Of a stretch of DNA of 35,115 bases, positions 27,377-33,683 are shown piece by piece. Both the position numbers and the translations under genes were made by a program. The stretch spans positions 1-35,115 of the forward strand of contig MNVP01000085.1 in assembly GCA_001871815.1 (NCBI GenBank), given 5' to 3'. The notes below the pieces were generated by a model. That model was not told the DNA's origin, searched no databases, and was given only the letters and a program-made list of their open reading frames with translations. Position 1 is the first letter of the stretch. Every line of letters starts with the position of its first letter. The DNA comes from Candidatus Omnitrophica bacterium CG1_02_40_15. GTDB taxonomy: Bacteria > Omnitrophota > Gorgyraeia > Gorgyraeales > Gorgyraeaceae.

Positions 27377-27872
27377 TATTATTCTTCTTCTCTAATTCTC
27401 TTATCTTATCCCGCAGTTTCGCTGCTTCTTCAAAATCCTCTTTCTGTATTGCCTTCTGAAGTTTTTCCTTCAAGGCATCGAATTCATTCTTTGCCTTGAC
27501 TATCTTGACTATTTTTTTAGGGGATTTGCCATAGTGCTGCGTGGACCCGTGTATCCTTTTTAAAAGAGGGGCGAGCGCTTCTTTAAAAGCATTATAGCAT
27601 TCGCCGCAGCCAAGCCTTCCCACCTTTTTAAAATCTTCATAGGTAAGCCCACACTTAGGGCATTTAAGCTTAGGCTCTGTTTTTGTTTTATTGAACTGCG
27701 TGCCAAGATCAGCGAGGCCTGCCAAAAGATCAGAAAGCCCGAAATGGCTTTCCATTTGGGCGCCTTTTTTCTGAGCGCATTCTTCGCACAGATGCAGCTC
27801 TGTTATTTGTTCATCTATTATTTCTGTAAGATGCACTGTAGCCTGGCTCTTGCCGCATATATTGCAAACCAT
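27372..27872 (-). CDS. mcsA: McsA (UvrB/UvrC-motif zinc-binding activator of McsB)
   Basis: Four CxxC motifs, GRLGC, IHG..H.GK, EDFEEAAKLRD; ATG 27872 with AAGGAGG SD. Confidence 0.94.
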   Translation of the reverse strand: MVCNICGKSQATVHLTEIIDEQITELHLCEECAQKKGAQMESHFGLSDLLAGLADLGTQFNKTKTEPKLKCPKCGLTYEDFKKVGRLGCGECYNAFKEALAPLLKRIHGSTQHYGKSPKKIVKIVKAKNEFDALKEKLQKAIQKEDFEEAAKLRDKIRELEKKNNK

Positions 27873-27885
27873 TATTTCCTCCTTC

Positions 27886-28091
27886 AATGAGCACTTGACT
27901 TACGGAACAAGCATAGCGAGTGAACGTAAGTCAATGCGCGAATTGAATCCCGCCCTTTTGAATAGCAAGCTGAGAAAAATTGCTAAAAGGGCGGGATAAA
28001 TTCGGACAAATCACCCAGCACCTTTTTAATATTCAGCATCTTTTCTTTAAAAACTTTAAATACATAAAAGGTGCTGGGTGATGTCCTCATT
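27886..28091. repeat. Family B element, copy 3
   Basis: One mismatch to copy 2 over the shared part; third hairpin ATCACCCAGCACCTTTT..AT-rich loop..AAAAGGTGCTGGGTGAT. Confidence 0.92.
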
Positions 28092-28963
28092 TAATATTTT
28101 ATGCCATCCGTCTTTGTTAATTTTCTGAATTCCTTCATCAGATTTAATGTAATTTTCCCTGGTTTTCCGTCTCCGATAACCCTTTTGTCCACGCGCACAA
28201 CAGGTATGATCTCTGCCGCAGTGCCTGTAAGAAAACACTCGCTAGCCGTAAAAATATTATGCCTTGTAATTACTTCTTCTTTTACTGCCATGCCAATCTT
28301 CTTTGCAATATCCATCACGCACGCCCTTGTAATGCCTTTAAGTATCCCGAGATAAGCAGGCGGAGTGATCAGGTTATTATCTTTTATAATAAAAATATTA
28401 TCTCCTGTGCATTCTGCCACATATCCATGGGCGGTAAACATTAATGCCTCTTCATATCCGCAGTTTAATGCCTCTATTTTTGCAAGAATATTGTTAAGGT
28501 AATTCAGAGATTTAATCTGAGGATTTAATGCCTCTGGTATATTCCTTGGCGTAGGCACTGTAATAATGCTCAATCCTTCCTTGTACATCTTTTCAGGATA
28601 AAGCTTTATGTTATCTGTAATGATAATAATAGAAGCGGACTTGCACTTCCTTGGATCCAGGCCCAGATCCCCTATGCCTCTTGTAACAATAAGCCTGATA
28701 TAGGCATTGTCCAGCTGATTTAATTTAAGCGTTTCCACGATTGCCTTTATCATGTCTTCTTTGGAAAGCGAAATATTTAGCATGATGCCTTGACTAGACT
28801 CGTAAAGCCTGTCTATATGCTCCTTTAATTTAAAAATAAGCCCAGCATATGAGCGGATGCCTTCAAACACTCCGTCGCCGTACAAAAGCCCGTGGTCAAA
28901 AACAGAAATCTTTGCCTCGTTTTTCTCAAAATATTCACCATTAATATAAACCTTTAATCCCAT
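28091..28963 (-). CDS. ilvE: Branched-chain amino acid aminotransferase
   Basis: DHGLLYGDGVFEG, KSLNY, LKGITR, FLTGTAAE, GKPG. Confidence 0.94.
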   Translation of the reverse strand: MGLKVYINGEYFEKNEAKISVFDHGLLYGDGVFEGIRSYAGLIFKLKEHIDRLYESSQGIMLNISLSKEDMIKAIVETLKLNQLDNAYIRLIVTRGIGDLGLDPRKCKSASIIIITDNIKLYPEKMYKEGLSIITVPTPRNIPEALNPQIKSLNYLNNILAKIEALNCGYEEALMFTAHGYVAECTGDNIFIIKDNNLITPPAYLGILKGITRACVMDIAKKIGMAVKEEVITRHNIFTASECFLTGTAAEIIPVVRVDKRVIGDGKPGKITLNLMKEFRKLTKTDGIKY

Positions 28964-28976
28964 ATCTCCTCCTAAT

Positions 28977-29096
28977 GTTCTCGACTCGCTTCGTACATTC
29001 GCTTCGCTCAGTACTTCTTTCGGTCGCTCGCTCGAACAATATTAATATTCTTCGAGCGGTCACGAGAGCATATCAAGAGAGTAGAGTCGAGAAGTA
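28977..29096. repeat. Family C element, inverted relative to 23496
   Basis: Arm GTCACGAGAGCATATCAAGAGAGTAG is the near reverse complement of arm1 at 23508-23533. The other arm contains a nested TTCG-CTTCG-CTCA unit. Confidence 0.9.
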
Positions 29097-29098
29097 AA

Positions 29099-29773
29099 TT
29101 ATATTATTCTCCCATCCTTCATTTCTACAATTCTATCCGCTCTTCGCGCTATTTCTTTATCGTGAGTAACAATCACAATCGCTGTTTTATTCTTTTTATT
29201 AAGATTAAACAATATATTCAATATCTCCAGGCCCATTTCAGAATCCAGGTTACCTGTAGGCTCATCGCACAAGAGCACCTTTGGATTATTTATCAAGCCC
29301 CTTGCTATAGCAACTCTCTGCTGCTCTCCTCCTGAAAGTTCGCTCGGCCTGTGGCGCATTCTTTTCCCAAGCCCTACATCTTCCAGTAAAACCTCAGCTC
29401 TATTTTTCGTCGTTCGTCGTTCGTCGTTCGTGTTTCGTATGCCTATCAGACTAGGCAGCATTACATTTTCCAATGCTGTAAAATCAGGGAGCAGGTAATA
29501 AAATTGAAATACAAATCCTATTTTTTGATTTCTAAACCTGGCTCTTTTAATATCATCCAGGCTGTAAAAATCAGAGTTGTCCAGAAATACTTTACCCGAG
29601 CTTGGCTTATCTATGCCGCCCAATATATGCAAAAGCGTTGACTTACCGGCTCCTGAAGGCCCTACAATTGTAATTACTTCATCTTTTCTTAATTCTAAGC
29701 TAACCCCCCTTAAAACATGCAGCTCTCTTTTGCCATCTTTATATATCTTATGTACATTATCAGCTCGTAACAT
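29099..29773 (-). CDS. lolD: Lipoprotein-releasing ABC ATPase LolD
   Basis: GPSGAGKS, IGFVFQF, LSGGEQQRV, DEPTGNLD, VTHD; downstream of lolC/E. Confidence 0.88.
   Translation of the reverse strand: MLRADNVHKIYKDGKRELHVLRGVSLELRKDEVITIVGPSGAGKSTLLHILGGIDKPSSGKVFLDNSDFYSLDDIKRARFRNQKIGFVFQFYYLLPDFTALENVMLPSLIGIRNTNDERRTTKNRAEVLLEDVGLGKRMRHRPSELSGGEQQRVAIARGLINNPKVLLCDEPTGNLDSEMGLEILNILFNLNKKNKTAIVIVTHDKEIARRADRIVEMKDGRII
29406..29440. repeat. Heptamer array inside lolD
   Basis: ttcgtcg ttcgtcg ttcgtcg ttcgtgt ttcgtat (5x7 nt), read as IRNTNDERRTTK. Confidence 0.85.
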
Positions 29774-29778
29774 AATAT

Positions 29779-29831
29779 TAGCGGATAGCGGATAGAAAAA
29801 CTATACGCTATACGCTCTACGCTAAACGCTA
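29779..29831. repeat. Family A heptamer-array hairpin
   Basis: tagcgga tagcgga tag-aaaaa-cta tacgcta tacgctc tacgcta aacgcta. Confidence 0.9.
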
Positions 29832-29835
29832 TCTT

Positions 29836-31017
29836 TTACTCATATCTCAGAGCTTCCACTGGCTCCATCTTAGCTGCCTGCCATGACGGATAAAGCGTTG
29901 ATAATAAACTTATCAGTATTGCCGCAGCTATTACAATTATTGAATCCGACAGCTCCAGATTAACAGGCAGCCTGTCTATGTAATAAATGTCTTTTGGCAA
30001 TTTTATAAATTGATATGTCTTTAATAAGTAACATAGGCCAAAACCTCCTATGGCGCCAATAATCGTTCCTGCGAAACCTATCAGAAAACCATCCAGCATA
30101 AATATCTTTCTTATGCTTTTATTATTAGCTCCTATTGATTTAAGGATGCCTATATCTTTTGTCTTTTCCATAACCATCATGATGAGAGCGCTGGCTATAT
30201 TAAAGCACGCCACAACCACAATGAGCGCAAGTATTATGAACATGGTTATTTTCTCTAGTTTCAGGGCGCTGAATAGATTTTTATTCAACTCTGACCAGCT
30301 TCTTACCCAGTAATTAAACCCTATCTGCTTCTGAACATCTTTTTTTATGCGGTCTGCGCTGTTTACATCATCCACCCGCACGCCTATGCCGCCTGCTACA
30401 TTGCCGGTAGCATAAAAATTCTGGGCGCCTTCAAGATTTGTAAATATAAGGCTCATGTCATATTCAAACATGCCTGAATTAAAGACACCCGCTACTTTAA
30501 AAAGCTTTGGTTTAGGATCCGCGGCAGATATCAGGGAAATTGTATCTCCTATCCTTAAACCCAGCCTAGAAGAAAGCTCTTTTCCTATCAAGACTGTATC
30601 CTTTTTAAGATTGAGCGTTCCTGATTCCATGTATTTTTGTATATTAGTGACATCTTTTTCTCTCGCAGAGTCTATGCCTCTTAATATTACGCCAAGGACT
30701 TGTTCGTCCTGCCTTATTAGGGCCTGGCCGTTCAGAAAAGGAGAGCTTGCTTTTACGTGCTGTATCTTATTTATCTCGTTCACAAGGCCGTTATAATCAG
30801 GGATGCCGCCTTCTTTTTCAATTATTATATGCGAATTTGTGCCGACTATCTTTTCACGAAGGTCTTTGTCAAAGCCGCTCATAACAGCCAACACCACAAT
30901 AAGGGCTGTTACACCCACAGCCACGCCCATTATCGAGATAAAACTTATAATGGAGATAAATTTTTCTTTGCGCTTCGAGACTAGATATCTAAAACTAATC
31001 CACAATTCGTATGGCAT
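29836..31017 (-). CDS. lolE: Lipoprotein-releasing ABC permease LolC/E
   Basis: ISFRYL, AVMSGF, VACFNI, EKTKDIGILK, PVEALRYE; lysS-lolC/E-lolD order. ATG 31017 preferred; the track start lies in a repeat. Confidence 0.88.
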   Translation of the reverse strand: MPYELWISFRYLVSKRKEKFISIISFISIMGVAVGVTALIVVLAVMSGFDKDLREKIVGTNSHIIIEKEGGIPDYNGLVNEINKIQHVKASSPFLNGQALIRQDEQVLGVILRGIDSAREKDVTNIQKYMESGTLNLKKDTVLIGKELSSRLGLRIGDTISLISAADPKPKLFKVAGVFNSGMFEYDMSLIFTNLEGAQNFYATGNVAGGIGVRVDDVNSADRIKKDVQKQIGFNYWVRSWSELNKNLFSALKLEKITMFIILALIVVVACFNIASALIMMVMEKTKDIGILKSIGANNKSIRKIFMLDGFLIGFAGTIIGAIGGFGLCYLLKTYQFIKLPKDIYYIDRLPVNLELSDSIIVIAAAILISLLSTLYPSWQAAKMEPVEALRYE

Positions 31018-31039
31018 CTTATAGTTAGCTTCCGTGTTT

Positions 31040-31180
31040 AATCGCGGAACCACGCGGAAGCTGGCCTTCACTTCGTTCAGGCCAGACGCTGAACTACGCG
31101 GAAATTCGAGTTCAGTTTCCGCGTTTTTCCGCGTCAGTTGCGAGTGAAACGAGCAACTGCTTCTGCGTATTTCCGCGATT
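31040..31180. repeat. Family D decamer-array hairpin, full symmetric copy
   Basis: AATCGCGGAA..ACGCGGAA[CTGGCCT-TC-AC-TTC-GT-TC-AGGCCAG]ACGCTGAA..ACGCGGAA / TTCCGCGT..TTCCGCGT[CAGTTGC-GA-GT-GAA-AC-GA-GCAACTG]TTCTGCGT..TTCCGCGATT. Confidence 0.9.
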
Positions 31181-32623
31181 TCATGCTTCTGGTTTTAATT
31201 GCGGGAACAAAATCACATCCCGTATAGACGGCTGGTTTGCAAAAAGCATTACCATCCTGTCTATCCCTATACCAAGCCCGCCCGCGGGCGGCATTCCGTA
31301 TTCCATGGCCCTTACAAAATCCTCATCTATTTTCTTTACGCCTTCCTGGCCCACTAACTGTTCTTCAAATCTTTTTTTCTGCTCTATTGGGTCATTGAGC
31401 TCTGAATAAGCGTTTGCAATCTCCATGCCTCCCATGAAAAGTTCAAATCTGTCTGTTAAAAGAGGATTGTCTTTTTTCCTTTTTGCGAGAGGGCATAACT
31501 CTGCGAATAAGTCTATTACAAAAATAGGCCTATCGCCTGTCTCAGGCTCAAGCATTTCTGTTATGATATTGGCTATCTGCGAACGTGTAATGTCCTTGGC
31601 TTTAAAATCCACGCCTTTAGCATGAAGCTTTTCGATCCATTCCTTGGAAGAGTCATCAGGGTTAATGTCAAATCTCTTTTTGATCTCTTCTGCAAATGAC
31701 CATCTCGGCCATGGCGGAGTCAAGTCTATAACCACATCTGCGAATTTTATCTTATTAGTCCCCAGGACTTCGTTCGCAACAAAATTAAAAATCTCTTCTG
31801 TAAGCTGCATCATGCCCTGGCAGTCAGAATAAGCTTCATATATTTCTATCATTGTAAATTCAGGATTATGCCTTATTGAAATGCCTTCGTTCCTGAAATT
31901 CCTATTAAGCTCATAAACTTTATCAAATCCGCCAACTAATAATCTTTTTAAATATAATTCCGGCGCAAGGCGCAGAAATAAATCAATACTAAGAGCATTA
32001 TGATGCGTCTTAAAAGGCTCTCCTGCTGCACCTCCTGCCATTGATTGCATCATAGGGGTTTCAACTTCCAAAAATCCCTTTTTATCTAAAAGCTCTCTTA
32101 TTTTTGAGATGATGCGGCTTCGAACCTGGAAAACCTTGCGCACATCTTCATTTACTATCAAATCCACATATCTCTGCCTGTATCTTGTATCCACATCTTT
32201 CAAGCCATGCCATTTTTCAGGTAAAGGCCTTAGGCCTTTGCTTAGAATTGTAATCTTTTCTGCGTTTATAGTTATCTCGCCAGTATGTGTTTTAAAAATC
32301 TTTCCCTCAACACCTAATATATCTCCTATATCTAGTCTTTTAAATATATTAGCATATATATCCTTGCTTATAATATCTGCCTTAATATATACCTGAATCC
32401 TGGAACTTGCGTCTCTTAAATCAAAAAAACTAGATTTCCCATGTTCTCTTAATGCAGTGATGCGGCCTGCTGTCTGGACAGAATCGCCTTCTTTGGCATT
32501 CTTAAGCATTGTTTCTATACTGCAATGCTTATCAAATCTTCTCCCATACGGCTCAATGCCTATCTCTTTGAGAGCATTTAACTTATCAATGCGTTGTTTC
32601 ATGAATTCATTCATCTCTTCCAT
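31181..32623 (-). CDS. lysS: Lysine--tRNA ligase (class II)
   Basis: LPEKWHGL, RYRQRYVDL, EVETP, FRNEG, HNPEF, YGMPPAGGLGIGIDR. Confidence 0.98.
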   Translation of the reverse strand: MEEMNEFMKQRIDKLNALKEIGIEPYGRRFDKHCSIETMLKNAKEGDSVQTAGRITALREHGKSSFFDLRDASSRIQVYIKADIISKDIYANIFKRLDIGDILGVEGKIFKTHTGEITINAEKITILSKGLRPLPEKWHGLKDVDTRYRQRYVDLIVNEDVRKVFQVRSRIISKIRELLDKKGFLEVETPMMQSMAGGAAGEPFKTHHNALSIDLFLRLAPELYLKRLLVGGFDKVYELNRNFRNEGISIRHNPEFTMIEIYEAYSDCQGMMQLTEEIFNFVANEVLGTNKIKFADVVIDLTPPWPRWSFAEEIKKRFDINPDDSSKEWIEKLHAKGVDFKAKDITRSQIANIITEMLEPETGDRPIFVIDLFAELCPLAKRKKDNPLLTDRFELFMGGMEIANAYSELNDPIEQKKRFEEQLVGQEGVKKIDEDFVRAMEYGMPPAGGLGIGIDRMVMLFANQPSIRDVILFPQLKPEA

Positions 32624-32625
32624 AG

Positions 32626-32680
32626 AGATCCTTCGTCGCGGAGTTTACACTGAGCGAAGCGAATGTGCTCCTCAGGATGA
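32626..32680. repeat. AGATCCTTCG..CTCAGGATGA tandem-GA element with nested unit, directly upstream of lysS ATG
   Basis: ATCC-TTCG...CTCA-GGAT enclosing CAC-TGAG-CGAAG-CGAA-TGTG, which contains GCGAAGC. Confidence 0.82.
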
Positions 32681-32792
32681 GCAGCCGACATTACAAGAAA
32701 ATCGCTTTCAGCGATAACCCTAATATACGATTTTCAGTGGTTAGGAAAGTGTTTTATACTTTCCTATACCATAAAAACTCCTCAACTCCTCA

Positions 32793-32822
32793 ATTATATA
32801 TTATTATGCTATATAGTGTCAA
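32793..32822 (-). promoter_or_regulatory. Sigma70-type promoter of the lysS gene block
   Basis: Minus strand TTGACA (32822-32817)-18 nt-TATAAT (32798-32793); both hexamers are exact consensus. Confidence 0.8.
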
Positions 32823-32846
32823 TAGAAATAGGGTAAAAATAGGGCG

Positions 32847-32979
32847 AGATCCTTCAGATGCTCCTGTTCGTCGCATCTTCAGGATTAATTCGCACTTATC
32901 AGTTACGGATTTCAAAGAAACCCGTAACTGATGTGCTCATTAAAAAACCGCGTAGGCACCACATACATCCTATGCGGTT
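32847..32979. repeat. Three adjacent hairpin elements, including a solo family-B half unit
   Basis: AGATCCTTC-AGATGC..GCATCT-TCAGGAT; AATTCGCAC..ATCAGTTACGG/CCGTAACTGAT-GTGCTCATT; AACCGCGTAGG/CCTATGCGGTT. Confidence 0.8.
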
Positions 32980-33000
32980 AGAATAATTAGAATAATGGAT

Positions 33001-33252
33001 TTAACGATACGCCTCTTTCCTATGCTCAATTCTATATATAAAAATCTCTTTTATTTTATCATTTATTCTATACAAAACTTTATAATCCTCTATTTTAATA
33101 CGATACCCTTCTTCATTGCTAAGTTTGATAGCGCCATAGGGCCTTGGATTTTTAGAGAGATTGATAATTTCGTTTTTTATCTTAGCAAAAATCCTATCTT
33201 CCAGTTGGTCTAAGTCTTTTTGAGCATGAGGAATTATTTTTATTTTATACAT
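33001..33252 (-). CDS. Type II toxin, RelE/ParE family
   Basis: 83 aa; AQKDL, NPRPYGAIKL, YRIKIEDYKVLY, HRKEAYR; TAATG overlap with the upstream gene. Confidence 0.9.
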   Translation of the reverse strand: MYKIKIIPHAQKDLDQLEDRIFAKIKNEIINLSKNPRPYGAIKLSNEEGYRIKIEDYKVLYRINDKIKEIFIYRIEHRKEAYR

Positions 33253-33479
33253 TAACCTGTTCTTTTCTTCAGATATGCCTCAAAACTAATAGCATTGTCT
33301 TCCTGGGAATGTAGATCCTTAAAATCAAGCAAGTCCTCCTTAAGCTCTTCTTTTTCCAATTTCTCGCGCAATGCCTTTTCTACAAAAAAACCCTGCTTCA
33401 AGCCATGCCCTATACAATATTCTTTCACTTTATTTATAAGGCGAGGATCTACTTTTACTGCATAAGATATCTTATTCAT
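33252..33479 (-). CDS. Putative antitoxin (ribbon-helix-helix-like)
   Basis: 75 aa from ATG 33479 with AAGGAGG SD; beta-helix-helix N-terminus, acidic C-terminus; translationally coupled to the toxin. Confidence 0.8.
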   Translation of the reverse strand: MNKISYAVKVDPRLINKVKEYCIGHGLKQGFFVEKALREKLEKEELKEDLLDFKDLHSQEDNAISFEAYLKKRTG

Positions 33480-33499
33480 ATTCTTATCCCTCCTTTTAA

Positions 33500-33528
33500 A
33501 ATATATCACATCCTATTATTCATGTCAA
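33500..33528 (-). promoter_or_regulatory. Sigma70-type promoter of the TA operon
   Basis: TTGACA-17 nt-TATATT with extended TG. Confidence 0.7.
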
Positions 33529-33635
33529 GAAATAAGTTTAAAAAAGTAAACTTTTGTTTTAACCGCGTAGGTCGAGAATAGGATTTAGCATTGTTTTACT
33601 CTGCATGGGCACTGTTTGGGCACTAGAATAATGGG

Positions 33636-33668
33636 CTTCTAACCTGGCAAATCTAACCAGGTTAGAAG
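33636..33668. repeat. Inverted repeat downstream of the LMW-PTP-like ORF
   Basis: CTTCTAACCTGG-N9-CCAGGTTAGAAG. Confidence 0.7.
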
Positions 33669-33683
33669 TGAAAGAAAAGGCTA

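Noticed and set aside
11809-31071. N-terminal extensions given by the ORF track for PSP1, tmk, ruvA, mcsB, mcsA and lolE
   Set aside because: The extensions run into repeat elements, RBS regions or upstream genes; downstream ATGs match the family N-termini and several have clear SD sequences.
1936-31180. CRISPR array interpretation of the repeats
   Set aside because: Copies are dispersed one per junction, with no regular repeat-spacer periodicity and no cas genes.
743-31180. Intergenic hairpins as ordinary intrinsic terminators
   Set aside because: Most lack a U-tract on the coding (minus) strand, sit between tightly linked genes (ruvA/ruvB, ispD/ispF, mcsA/mcsB, lolE/lolD), occur in both orientations and also inside CDS. 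Some may still affect mRNA stability.
32624-32790. T-box or lysine riboswitch upstream of lysS
   Set aside because: No T-box GGTGGNACCGCG consensus, no terminator U-tract and no recognisable L-box motifs by eye.
165-33213. Numerous plus-strand and short alternative-frame ORFs in the ORF track
   Set aside because: They are antisense or out-of-frame shadows of well-supported minus-strand genes and have no recognisable motifs.
33636-33668. Integron attC site (TTCTAAC...GTTAGAA)
   Set aside because: Only 33 bp, shorter than known attC sites; no L boxes or extrahelical bases; no integrase or cassette array.
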